A DNA stretch of 64,000 bases from an uncultured Desulfovibrio sp. (GTDB lineage Bacteria; Desulfobacterota; Desulfovibrionia; Desulfovibrionales; Desulfovibrionaceae), in NCBI GenBank assembly GCA_964647835.1, contig CAZYJQ010000004.1, positions 2,212 to 66,211 of the forward strand, given 5' to 3'. The notes under the pieces were generated by a model. The model saw only the letters and a list, made by a program, of their open reading frames with translations, made no database searches and had not been told where the DNA came from. Positions 49,788 through 59,396 of the stretch are shown piece after piece (within the stretch, counting starts at the first letter, position 1; every line of letters begins with the position of its first letter). The position numbers and the translations under genes are program-made.

Positions 49788-51815
49788 ATGCCTACTCAAA
49801 AAGAACTTGCCAATGCCATCCGCTTTCTGGCTGTAGACGCCGTCCAAAAAGCCGCCTCGGGTCACCCCGGCGCGCCCATGGGCATGGCTGATATGGCAGA
49901 AGTGTTATGGAATGAATTTTTAATCCATAACCCTGCGGATCCAACTTGGGTCAACCGCGACCGCTTTGTTCTGTCCAACGGTCACGCCTCCATGCTCCTT
50001 TACGCGGTCTTGCACCTTAGTGGCTATGAAATTTCCATTGACGATATCCAAAACTTTCGCCAGCTCCATTCCATCACCCCCGGGCACCCCGAACTGCATA
50101 TGACTCCCGGCGTTGATTTAACCTCAGGCCCCTTGGGCCAAGGCATCGCCGCCGCCGTAGGTATGGCTCTGGCTGAAAAACTGCTGGCTACCGAATTTAA
50201 CCGCGAAGACCTCCCCATTATCGATCACTACACCTACACCTTCCTTGGTGACGGGTGCATGATGGAAGGGGTGGCGAGCGAGGCCTGCTCACTGGCAGGA
50301 ACCCTTGGCCTGAATAAACTCATCGCCCTGTGGGACGACAACGGAATCTCCATTGACGGTGACGTGAAAGACTGGTTTGCCGAAAATGTTCCCGCCCGCT
50401 TCGTGGCCTATGGCTGGAACGTCATCAAGGACGTTGACGGGCATGACGCCGTGGCCTTGAAAAAAGCCATTGCCAAAGCCAAAAAGTCCTCAGACAAGCC
50501 AACCCTCATCTGCTGTAAAACAACCATCGGATTTGGCTCACCAGCCCTTGCCGGCTCTGCCAAAACCCACGGTTCCCCTCTGGGCGAAGAGGAAATAGCC
50601 GCCACTCGCAAAGCCCTCGCTTGGCCTTACGAACCCTTTGAAATCCCCTCTGAAATCAAAAGTGCATGGGACGCTAAAAAAGAAGGGAAAAAAGCCCAAG
50701 CCAAATGGGACACCCTCATGGAAGAATATTCCAAGAAACACCCCAAGCTCGCCAAAGAACTGGCAAGACGCCTCGCCGGAGAGCTACCCGCTAACGCCAG
50801 TAAGCTTCTGCAGGAATTTGCCCTTACCGCCCAAAAGGAAGGGGGCATGCAGGCCAGCCGTGTTTCATCTAAAAAAGTTCTCGACGCCATCGCTCCCCAT
50901 ATACCTGAACTCCTTGGCGGTTCTGCCGACCTGACAGGCTCTGTGGGCACCCTTTGGGACGGAGCCGAGCGCATCACTCACGACAATTTCGCCGGGCGTT
51001 ATATCTCCTATGGTGTCAGAGAGTTCGCCATGGCCGCCATTATGAACGGCCTTGCGGTTCACGGCGGATTTATCCCCTATGCCGGAACCTTCTTGGTTTT
51101 TTCCGACTACCTCAAGCCAGCCGTTCGGCTTTCAGCCCTCATGAAGCAACGGGTGATTCAGGTACTTACCCACGACTCCATCATGGTCGGCGAAGATGGG
51201 CCCACCCACCAGCCCATTGAGCAAATCTCCAGCTTGCGCCTTATTCCCAATGTGCATGTGTGGCGTCCCGCCGATGCCGTTGAGACGGCCTTTGCCTGGC
51301 AAAGCGCCCTCGAAAGCACCGCCGCGCCCAGTTGCTTGGCCCTAAGTCGTCAAAATCTACCAGTCTTATCGCGTGACAACGCCACTTTTGACAATATTCG
51401 CCGTGGTGGTTATGTCGTTCGCAAAGCAAAAAAAGCTACGCCCGACGCCTTGCTCATCGCCACGGGTTCCGAAGTTGCCCTCGCCTTACAAACTGCCGAA
51501 GTCCTTGAAAAGCGCGACATTGATGTTCAAGTGGTATCCATGCCTTGCGCCGAAATCTTCGACAAGCAAGACCGTACATGGAAAGAAAGCGTTCTTCCCT
51601 TCGCTGTGAAGGCTCGCGTAGCCATCGAAGCGGGAGCTTCAGACTGGTGGTATAAATATGTAGGACTTGAAGGCGCCGTAGTCGGCATTGACAGTTTTGG
51701 CGAATCAGCCCCCGGCGGCGCTGTTTACCAATACTTTGGCTTTACCCCCGACCATGTGGCCAGTGTTGTGCGCACCACCCTGACAGGTTGCCAGCTTTCG
51801 GTCGATGACAACTAA
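49788..51815 (+). CDS. tkt: Transketolase
   Basis: SGHPG, LSNGH, GDGCMMEG...DDN, GVREF, EDGPTHQP. Confidence 0.98.
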   Translation: MPTQKELANAIRFLAVDAVQKAASGHPGAPMGMADMAEVLWNEFLIHNPADPTWVNRDRFVLSNGHASMLLYAVLHLSGYEISIDDIQNFRQLHSITPGHPELHMTPGVDLTSGPLGQGIAAAVGMALAEKLLATEFNREDLPIIDHYTYTFLGDGCMMEGVASEACSLAGTLGLNKLIALWDDNGISIDGDVKDWFAENVPARFVAYGWNVIKDVDGHDAVALKKAIAKAKKSSDKPTLICCKTTIGFGSPALAGSAKTHGSPLGEEEIAATRKALAWPYEPFEIPSEIKSAWDAKKEGKKAQAKWDTLMEEYSKKHPKLAKELARRLAGELPANASKLLQEFALTAQKEGGMQASRVSSKKVLDAIAPHIPELLGGSADLTGSVGTLWDGAERITHDNFAGRYISYGVREFAMAAIMNGLAVHGGFIPYAGTFLVFSDYLKPAVRLSALMKQRVIQVLTHDSIMVGEDGPTHQPIEQISSLRLIPNVHVWRPADAVETAFAWQSALESTAAPSCLALSRQNLPVLSRDNATFDNIRRGGYVVRKAKKATPDALLIATGSEVALALQTAEVLEKRDIDVQVVSMPCAEIFDKQDRTWKESVLPFAVKARVAIEAGASDWWYKYVGLEGAVVGIDSFGESAPGGAVYQYFGFTPDHVASVVRTTLTGCQLSVDDN

Positions 51816-51860
51816 GCTTGTGAATACTGTAATCTTGTCTAGACAGGCAAAGGCGGCTAT

Positions 51861-53345
51861 GTGATAAAAACTAAAAACCGCCTTTTCCCGTCCAGACTTA
51901 AACGTAAGGCGGGTTCAAACCCCTTAACTTACGCCCGCTATATCGCCCTTATCTGCTTTATCGGGGTGGCTATCTTTTCTGGTGTGCTTTCTTTTTACGC
52001 TGGGCGGGGTGTCCAAAACGCCCTCATTGAAAAAGACAAGCAAACTGCTCGAATTCTGGCTAACTACCTCGACAAACAGATATTCAGCCGTTTTACTCTG
52101 CCCACCAGCATCGGCTTTGGTTTTATCAGCCTGCAACACCCAGCCCAATACCGCCACCTCGACCAAGTCGTTACAACGATTATTCACGGCCTTGATGTTG
52201 AGCGAGTGCGCATTTTCAGCCTCGACGGCATTGTCACCTACTCCACCGACCAAACCGAGGCCGGCCTTGAAAATCTTGCCAGCCCCTCTATCGCCGTAGC
52301 CGATAATTACGAAGGGCCCATTTTCGACATCGATGGATCGGTTCCCTACTGGAAGCTCCTTATCCAGCACCCTTCGGTGGAGCCAAACTCCATTGTTCTG
52401 CGAACAACCTATCCTTTGCGCCTGCAACATCGCCTTCCCTCAACGGGCGAAGAAAGTCCTCCCATTTTGGGGATTTTAGAATTCACTCAAGATTTGACAA
52501 CGGAATACCTTGCAACCACACAGCTTCAAACCTTCTTCTTCGCTGTCAGCTTTGCTTGCGTTATTATTCTTATCTCTGTTTTATTGTTCATTATCAAAAG
52601 AGCCGAAAAAACGGTTTCGGCCAGCATAGCTGAGGAACAACGCCTTACGGAAGAACTGCACCAAAGTGAAAAACTCGCCAGCATGGGCCGGGTTATCGCG
52701 AGTATTGCCCATGAAATCCGCAACCCCCTTGGGATCATTCAATCAAGCTCGGAGTTACTTCTTAAACGCAACAACGGAGCCGATGCCCTCACCAGCAGTA
52801 TTCTCACCGCCATTTATGACGAATCTAAACGTCTTTCGCAAACGGTCAGCGACTTTTTAGATTATGCCAAGCCCCATGTTCTTAAAAAAGACCCCGTTGA
52901 CACAGCTCAGCTCATTCAACAAGCCCTGACCTTCCTCAAGCATGAAATTGACAACAAAAATATCGACGTCATCACCACCATGCACCATGAAAAAGTCTAT
53001 AACACCCTTGGGGATAGCGATTATCTCTATCGCATGATATACAATATTATCAGCAACGCCATCCAAGCCACAGGCGAGGGAGGCACCATTCTTATCAATC
53101 TTGCTGAACACAAATCCCCCGAAGCCGTTATCGAGCTTACCTTTCAGGACACGGGCTCGGGCTTCGCCGAAGAAGACCTCCATCGGTTAACCGACCCCTT
53201 CTTCACCACAAAAGACCATGGCACAGGCCTCGGGCTCGCCATAGTCCATAATATTCTTACAAGCCACTCTGGCAAGATGGAACTTTCAAACGCACCAGAG
53301 GGCGGCGCCATTATCCGCCTCACTCTGCCGCAATTTAGTGAATAG
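51861..53345 (+). CDS. Membrane sensor histidine kinase (NtrB-like)
   Basis: Two TMs, AHEIRNPL, SNAIQA, DTGSGF, FFTTK, GTGLGL. Confidence 0.95.
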   Translation: MIKTKNRLFPSRLKRKAGSNPLTYARYIALICFIGVAIFSGVLSFYAGRGVQNALIEKDKQTARILANYLDKQIFSRFTLPTSIGFGFISLQHPAQYRHLDQVVTTIIHGLDVERVRIFSLDGIVTYSTDQTEAGLENLASPSIAVADNYEGPIFDIDGSVPYWKLLIQHPSVEPNSIVLRTTYPLRLQHRLPSTGEESPPILGILEFTQDLTTEYLATTQLQTFFFAVSFACVIILISVLLFIIKRAEKTVSASIAEEQRLTEELHQSEKLASMGRVIASIAHEIRNPLGIIQSSSELLLKRNNGADALTSSILTAIYDESKRLSQTVSDFLDYAKPHVLKKDPVDTAQLIQQALTFLKHEIDNKNIDVITTMHHEKVYNTLGDSDYLYRMIYNIISNAIQATGEGGTILINLAEHKSPEAVIELTFQDTGSGFAEEDLHRLTDPFFTTKDHGTGLGLAIVHNILTSHSGKMELSNAPEGGAIIRLTLPQFSE

Positions 53346-53347
53346 CT

Positions 53348-54733
53348 ATGAACAACAACAAAGACGCGCGTATCCTCATCATTGACGACGAACGAAACTA
53401 CCTCCTCGTTCTTGAAGCCTTGCTGGCTGATGAGGGCTATACCATAACGGCGCTCAACGACCCCGAGATGGCCCTGGCTTTCATGGATGAATCCGAAGTC
53501 GACGCTGTCATTACCGACATGAAAATGCCCAAGCTTTCAGGCAAGGAAGTCCTGCAGGCCATCAAACGCGACTACCCCGATATCCCTGTGCTGGTCATGA
53601 CCGCCTTTGGCTCCATTGAAAGCGCCGTAGACCTCATGAAAATGGGCGCCTTTGACTATATTACCAAGCCTTTTGCCAACGATGACCTCCTGCTTTCCAT
53701 CCACAACGCCTGCGAGCTGTCCAAAGTGCACCGTCGCTACAGACTGCTTCATGAAAACTTAGAACAGCAATACGGCCTGCATCAGATTGTCGGCGCCAGC
53801 AAAGCCATCAAAGAAGTTCTCTCCCTTGTGGACCGCGCCGCCCCAACCAAAAGTAATATCCTTATTTCAGGTGAATCTGGTACGGGCAAAGAACTGGTGG
53901 CTCGCGCCGTTCATTTCGCCTCCTCGCGCAAAGAAGGGCCCTTTATTAGCGTTAACTGCATGGCCTTAAACACCGGAGTTTTGGAAAGCGAGCTCTTTGG
54001 TCACGAAAAAGGCTCCTTTACAGGGGCTGTGGCAACTCGCCGAGGTCGCTTCGAACTTGCCCATAACGGAACGCTCTTTCTGGATGAAATAGGCGAATTA
54101 TCTCACGATATGCAGGTAAAACTGTTGCGGGTATTGCAAGAGCGAAAATTTGAACGCGTGGGAGGCACGGAAGAAATAGAGGTGGATATTCGCATTGTCG
54201 CCGCCACCAATAAAAATCTTCTGGAAGAAGTAGAAAAAGGCACTTTTAGGGAAGACCTCTACTATCGCCTCAATGTCGTTCATATTTTGCTCCCTCCCTT
54301 ACGAGACAGACGCGAAGACATCCCCTTGCTCATAGCGCATTTCATGGCGAAAATAGCCGAAGAAAACGAAATCTCGCCCAAAGCCATTTCATCGGAAGCC
54401 ATTCAGCTTCTGACAAGTTACGAATGGCCCGGCAATATTCGCCAGCTCCAAAACATTTTAGAACGCTGTGTTGTTCTTTCCCAAGGCAACGCCATTGAAG
54501 CAGGCGACTTACCCGCTGAAATTCATGACAACGAAACCCAACTTAGAAACGCGTTGGATCTTCTGCCCGTTGAGCTTGACCTTGCGGAAACTCTGGACAC
54601 CTTGGAAGCCGCCATTGTGCGGCGTGCCCTTGTAAGAGCCGACTTTGTTCAAGTAAAAGCCGCGGAACTCCTAGGCATCTCTAAAAGTCTTTTACAGTAT
54701 AAACTTAAAAAATACGGCATCACGGGGCATTAA
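53348..54733 (+). CDS. Sigma54-dependent response regulator (NtrC family)
   Basis: Receiver [33 protein letters not shown], Fis-type HTH. Confidence 0.96.
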   Translation: MNNNKDARILIIDDERNYLLVLEALLADEGYTITALNDPEMALAFMDESEVDAVITDMKMPKLSGKEVLQAIKRDYPDIPVLVMTAFGSIESAVDLMKMGAFDYITKPFANDDLLLSIHNACELSKVHRRYRLLHENLEQQYGLHQIVGASKAIKEVLSLVDRAAPTKSNILISGESGTGKELVARAVHFASSRKEGPFISVNCMALNTGVLESELFGHEKGSFTGAVATRRGRFELAHNGTLFLDEIGELSHDMQVKLLRVLQERKFERVGGTEEIEVDIRIVAATNKNLLEEVEKGTFREDLYYRLNVVHILLPPLRDRREDIPLLIAHFMAKIAEENEISPKAISSEAIQLLTSYEWPGNIRQLQNILERCVVLSQGNAIEAGDLPAEIHDNETQLRNALDLLPVELDLAETLDTLEAAIVRRALVRADFVQVKAAELLGISKSLLQYKLKKYGITGH

Positions 54734-54769
54734 TGGCCTGTACTCCATAAACCCTACAGCCCTTTTCGA

Positions 54770-54813
54770 AAGCCCCATTTGGTTCACTTCATACCGCATG
54801 GGGCTTCTTTTTT
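54770..54813 (+). terminator. Intrinsic terminator after the two-component genes
   Basis: AAGCCCCAT...ATGGGGCTT followed by a T-run. Confidence 0.7.
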
Positions 54814-54814
54814 C

Positions 54815-54850
54815 GGACTTGGAGGACTTGGGGGGCTTTGGGAACTTTTA
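54815..54850. repeat. Degenerate 9-nt array x4
   Basis: ggacttgga/ggacttggg/gggctttgg/gaactttta. Confidence 0.5.
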
Positions 54851-55306
54851 CCGAGCAATCGCTCAACCCACGAACCGCTTGAATGAGCCCAAGTACCCCA
54901 TGCACCAAGATGACGTACTTCAAGCCCCGTTCCCTCCCCTTACCTTGCCTTGAACTTTGTACTCAAAAACCAGCCCCAAAATCTGTCATAGTGGTATTTA
55001 GTGGCTATTTAGTGAAGATATTGCCGTAATACTTGCCTTTAGACCCACCTGAACCTATTATATTATTGATAGATACTTTGTTGTCGTGAAGCGCAAAACA
55101 ACCTTGCTTTTTGGCAGGTTGCCCGAGGTTCTTGATATAGTCTTTGGGTAGTCCTTGAAAAACTCCCCTTTCAGGCAATAAGCCCCCAAGGATATTATAA
55201 CAGGGGTTCTTGCCCTCTCACCCTTCCCATCTGGCCCGCATGCAACCCCTTGTCACTTGGCTGTCCCTGTTCACGATAAACCTCAGAAGAACAAACACTC
55301 AAACCC

Positions 55307-55338
55307 CTTGAAATTTACGCATTTGCCCAGTCCCATAT
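55307..55338 (+). promoter_or_regulatory. Sigma32-like promoter candidate
   Basis: CTTGAAA-17 nt-TCCCATAT versus the consensus CTTGAA-N13-17-CCCCATNT. Confidence 0.35.
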
Positions 55339-55355
55339 AGCGCCAAGGAGCCATC

Positions 55356-56744
55356 ATGAAAAAAGTATCCTCCCTCACATTTTCCACCAGTCTCAAGCGT
55401 GACGATATCTGTGACATTATTGAAGACCTAACCGACAGCCTTGAGGATGGGCAGGTTAAAATTCAACGCAATGAAGAATATGTGGATTTTAGCGTGCCTC
55501 AAGTGATCGACCTTGATGTAGCCGCCTCTTTGGAAGAAGAATTGGCATCGCTCACCTTTCATGTAAGCTGGAAAACCGTCCCACAGGACGACAAGTCAAA
55601 GGACAAGACCGACCAGACAGACGATTCTTTTCAGGCTGGCGATTTCTTCAAGGCCGACTTTCCCCCCAAAGGTTCGCCCAATTTAGAAGTTGCCCTTGAA
55701 AATGCAAAATCAGCCGCAAAAGATACTGCCCTTGCCCTGCAAGATGTTTTTAAGGCTTTTTCTGCCAAGGCCATGCGTAAGTTTAACAAAGCAGGCGATA
55801 AATTCGAAGAAAATCTTGGTAAAAAAGCAGAAGAAGTCCGTGAAAAAGCCGGAGATTTCGCCAGCGCCGCCGCTGAGAAAGCAAAATCTACCATCAACGG
55901 CGTAAAAAAGTCCTCTCAACCCAAAGAAACTGCGCCTCAACCCGAACCTGCCAGCCAGCCAGATAAGGATTCTGAGCAAAACTCAGCCATCCCGAAGGCA
56001 CCTTATGGCCCAACAACTTCGACAACCTCGACGGCTTCGACGGCTTCAAAGGCTGATGCACAAACATCCGCCAGCAATGCCATTGACGTGGAATTTACCA
56101 CGGTCGATACCACCAAGGTGTCAGCGAGCACAGCTTCGCCCGAAGCACCATCAGGGGAAAACACCCCAAATAAAGAGGCATCTGGCAAAGATGCAGTAGA
56201 AAATGAAACTGCAGATAAGCCTACAGCAGGCAAGGAAACTGCGAGTAAAGCCAATGCAGCAACAACCAGCTCGGGCAAAGCCACCAAGACTTCCGGCGTA
56301 GCCACTTCGGTAACCATAAGCAATGCCAAGGTAAGCGAAGATGTAACCTCTGCTAGTTCTACCCCACCTGAGCCAGCCAAGGCACCGCAAAAGCCAGCGA
56401 CTAAGAAAACCGTTACTAAAAAGCCTGCCGCCAAGAAGTCTACACCGCCAAAACCTACACCCAAAAAAGCCGAGCCCCAGAAGGCCACCGACAAAAAGAC
56501 TGCTAGCAAGAAGACAGCTGTTGCCAAGGCGTCAGCTCAAACGACCGCTAATAAAACGGCTGAAAAAGCGACTGTAACAGACAAAACGACAACCAAGGCA
56601 ACCGCTATCAAAGGCACAGCCAAAACTACCAAGGCTACCAAAACTGCCAAGCCAACGACGCCTAAGCCCAAAAAAACTCCCCAGCCAGTATCCAAAAAGA
56701 CAGCGGGCAAAGATAGCGCCATAAAAGAAGACACCACGCAATAA
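55356..56744 (+). CDS. Amphi-Trp domain protein with amphipathic mid-section and Lys/Ala/Thr/Pro-rich tail
   Basis: AGGAG RBS; N-terminal ~75 aa ending LTFHVSWK; H1-like KKPAAKK/KTTKATK tail. Confidence 0.78.
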   Translation: MKKVSSLTFSTSLKRDDICDIIEDLTDSLEDGQVKIQRNEEYVDFSVPQVIDLDVAASLEEELASLTFHVSWKTVPQDDKSKDKTDQTDDSFQAGDFFKADFPPKGSPNLEVALENAKSAAKDTALALQDVFKAFSAKAMRKFNKAGDKFEENLGKKAEEVREKAGDFASAAAEKAKSTINGVKKSSQPKETAPQPEPASQPDKDSEQNSAIPKAPYGPTTSTTSTASTASKADAQTSASNAIDVEFTTVDTTKVSASTASPEAPSGENTPNKEASGKDAVENETADKPTAGKETASKANAATTSSGKATKTSGVATSVTISNAKVSEDVTSASSTPPEPAKAPQKPATKKTVTKKPAAKKSTPPKPTPKKAEPQKATDKKTASKKTAVAKASAQTTANKTAEKATVTDKTTTKATAIKGTAKTTKATKTAKPTTPKPKKTPQPVSKKTAGKDSAIKEDTTQ

Positions 56745-56833
56745 ACCCTAGGCCAAGACCCTTTATGCCCAACACGCCTCCCTACCGCTATTAACCCTTA
56801 GCCCCCTTGGGGAAACGCCCAGAGAGTACTTTT

Positions 56834-57181
56834 ATGAATACATACAACCTTGTTTTCCATGTGGATAAGAGAGATGGTTCCATATCTGTGGCCTTCACCA
56901 ACGCCATCAATTACGCCAATGCCTTACCTGACAAGAATTTTTCCATGGCTCTTGTTGTTAACTCGGTGGCCGTCACAGAAATCGTTGCCGAAAACAAGAC
57001 CATAGGCACCAAGCTTGAAGAGGCCGCTAAAAAAGGGTTGCAAATTTTTGTGTGCCAAAACGCCTTAAAAGCCAATAGCATTAAGCCTGAATTGCTCTAT
57101 CCCCAATGCTCCGTTGTGGAGGCTGGCATTGTGACCCTTGTTGAACTTCAACAAAAAGGCTACGCCTACATAAAACCATAA
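56834..57181 (+). CDS. DsrE/DsrF-like family protein
   Basis: LVFHVD, VCQNAL, AGIVTLVELQQKGYAYIKP. Confidence 0.88.
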   Translation: MNTYNLVFHVDKRDGSISVAFTNAINYANALPDKNFSMALVVNSVAVTEIVAENKTIGTKLEEAAKKGLQIFVCQNALKANSIKPELLYPQCSVVEAGIVTLVELQQKGYAYIKP

Positions 57182-57460
57182 GGCATTGACCTTGAGCAAA
57201 GGAAGCGTTCTTTTTAAAGTCCTGCTCAAGAACCCATCATAGTTGGCTGGCTCCTGAGCATGTCAAGGCCGACATATGGCCATAGGTTGGAGATTGCGCA
57301 AGCTGTCTGGCGGGCGAAGGGCATGAAAACGACACCCCCTGCTCAGACCTAGCAAGTGTTTTTTGCTGGCCCTTAAGAAAGCAGGACGAGCTTGCAAGGA
57401 TAGTTTGAGTTTCAACTGGACAGCATGATGAAGTGGCGTAGCCTTGCTTAACGGATCTTA

Positions 57461-57577
57461 ATGGGTATGCCGGGTTTACCTGGTTTAGTGGTCTTGGCGA
57501 ATTTGGCTAGTTTAACGGGCCTATCGGCTTGGCGGGTATCGGCGAACTTGACGGGCTACTTGCACTTGACGGGCTCG
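57461..57577. repeat. Degenerate 9-nt array
   Basis: ccgggttta/cctggttta/gtggtcttg/gcgaatttg/gctagttta/acgggccta ... gcgaacttg/acgggctac/ttgcacttg/acgggctcg. Confidence 0.6.
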
Positions 57578-57780
57578 TATAAACTGATGTTTTGCTATGC
57601 TTTAATGCGCTGGCGACCTGACGATTCACCAGCAGGAACTGTCTTCTAGCGAGACTCCCAAGAGACTTCGGTGCCTCCAAGCAAAGGCCAGACAGACTCT
57701 TTCTTTTTTTCCTTTCAAATAATCCCTCAAAGCGGTTGTAATAGGCTTTTCTTTTGGGCCTACATCATTTAGGGTAACCT

Positions 57781-58251
57781 ATGTATAAATATCTCTTCTT
57801 CTTCATTTTTGTCACCTGCTCCCTGCCAGCCCTGGCTTGGCAAGGGCGAATCGTTTCAATTTCTTCGGGTGACACCTTCGCTGTTCAACCCCTTGAGGGC
57901 GGAGAACAGGTGCAGGTCAAGCTGTGGGGTATTACCTGCCCTGACGTGTATCAGCCCGGCGGCCAATTGGCGAAATCCTTTGTTGATAACCTTTGTTTGT
58001 TCAAAGTCGTGGACGTTCAAGATAAGATAGTCTCCTCTGCCAGCCTACTCTTTGCCACCGTCCACCTTGATGACGGTTCCACCCTCCAGCAACAGCTCCT
58101 TGAAAGTGGCTTGGCCTGGGTCTATGATAAAGAATGTAAAGGCTGTTACAGGTGGAAAATGGCGGAACGAGAAGCCCAGAAAGATAATCTCGGGATATGG
58201 AGACAAGAAGCCCCCACGCCCCCTGAGGATTGGATGAAACAAAGCGGATAA
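57781..58251 (+). CDS. Secreted thermonuclease (SNase)-like protein with degenerate active site
   Basis: Signal peptide; GDTF, KLWGITCPD, LLESGLAW, AQKDNLGIW...PPEDW. Confidence 0.82.
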   Translation: MYKYLFFFIFVTCSLPALAWQGRIVSISSGDTFAVQPLEGGEQVQVKLWGITCPDVYQPGGQLAKSFVDNLCLFKVVDVQDKIVSSASLLFATVHLDDGSTLQQQLLESGLAWVYDKECKGCYRWKMAEREAQKDNLGIWRQEAPTPPEDWMKQSG

Positions 58252-58350
58252 GCCTCACAATAAAACACAATTTTCACCCCATCTCATCAAAGCCTACCCG
58301 CTCTATCCAATCCCAAACGCGTTACTCAGCCCAGTCTATTCGCTATAGTC

Positions 58351-58410
58351 TACCCATTCCTACCAGTCCCTACCCACTCCTATCCGTTCCTAGCCCTCCC
58401 TTTCAGCACC
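58351..58410. repeat. Degenerate 10-nt array x6
   Basis: tacccattcc/taccagtccc/tacccactcc/tatccgttcc/tagccctccc/tttcagcacc. Confidence 0.7.
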
Positions 58411-58705
58411 ACCTTGGTTTCTCACGCGTGTTTTGCCTTATATCCGCCCTCTCCTTATACCTCTTTGCCCTTATTGCAGCCTTCCCCTGCCTCCTCGCGC
58501 GCCTTCAAAACATCACATGAGAACCGCATGGAATAACCTTGCGCCCAGCTCCCCCTCTAGGATGTTTTCCCCCGCCATTGAAATACCTCGCCAGAGAGGC
58601 ACTATTGTTTATTGCTATTCTGGGCTATAGTTTTACTAGGTCTCTTCATATGGTTGATGCCAGCGTTATGCCCGCTCCAAGGCATGAAAAAAAGCGGAGG
58701 ATCAT

Positions 58706-59266
58706 ATGGGTGAATTCTTAGACATACACCCTTGGGCATTGCCCCTTATTATTTTCTTTGGACGAGTGTGCGATGTACCTCTCTCAACTATTCGTATTAT
58801 TTTTGTCGCCAGAGGTGAAAGGAAAATAGCGCCCATCATAGGATTTGCCGAAGTATTCATCTGGATTGTCGTTATTTCACAAGTCCTTGCCAGAGCCAAC
58901 AACATGGCCAGCTATTTAAGCTACGCCGGGGGGTTTGCCGCAGGAACGTATATCGGACTTGTTATTGAAGACCACATGGCACTCGGCTTTTATAAAATCA
59001 GCGTCTTTACCAAGAATAAAGGCCAACAGCTTATAAAAACCCTGAACCGCTATACCTTTGGAGCCACGCTTTTCCATGGCGAAGGGGCAATGAACCCCGT
59101 TGATGTCATTGAAATAATTGTCAGCCGTAAAAACAAAAAATCAGTGGAAAATATTATCCACGATTTTGACGCCGCGGCCTTTGTGGTTGTGGAAGAAATT
59201 AAAAGCAAGTCTTTTGGTATTTTTACCCGCCACAAAAGTCTCATTCCAGCCCGCATGGATAAATAA
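58706..59266 (+). CDS. UPF0316 / DUF2179 membrane protein
   Basis: GRVCDVPLSTIRII, GFAEVFIW, YAGGFAAG, FGAT...GEG. Confidence 0.88.
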   Translation: MGEFLDIHPWALPLIIFFGRVCDVPLSTIRIIFVARGERKIAPIIGFAEVFIWIVVISQVLARANNMASYLSYAGGFAAGTYIGLVIEDHMALGFYKISVFTKNKGQQLIKTLNRYTFGATLFHGEGAMNPVDVIEIIVSRKNKKSVENIIHDFDAAAFVVVEEIKSKSFGIFTRHKSLIPARMDK

Positions 59267-59302
59267 AACCGCACCAACAGAGTCTAATGCCACCACAAAC
59301 TT

Positions 59303-59345
59303 AAAAAGCCGTCACTTCTGTCATGAACAAAAGTGACGGCTTTTA
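59303..59345. terminator. Bidirectional terminator between DUF2179 and adh
   Basis: AAAAGCCGTCACTT...AAGTGACGGCTTTT, 14 bp with A and T ends. Confidence 0.8.
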
Positions 59346-59396
59346 TGGTGTCAGCGTTATGTAATAGAATTACATATCAGGCGATATATCCGTGTA

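Noticed and set aside
53998-54030. GSFTGA instead of GAFTGA as a sign of a sigma54-independent activator
   Set aside because: Common functional variant; the critical F and T are retained
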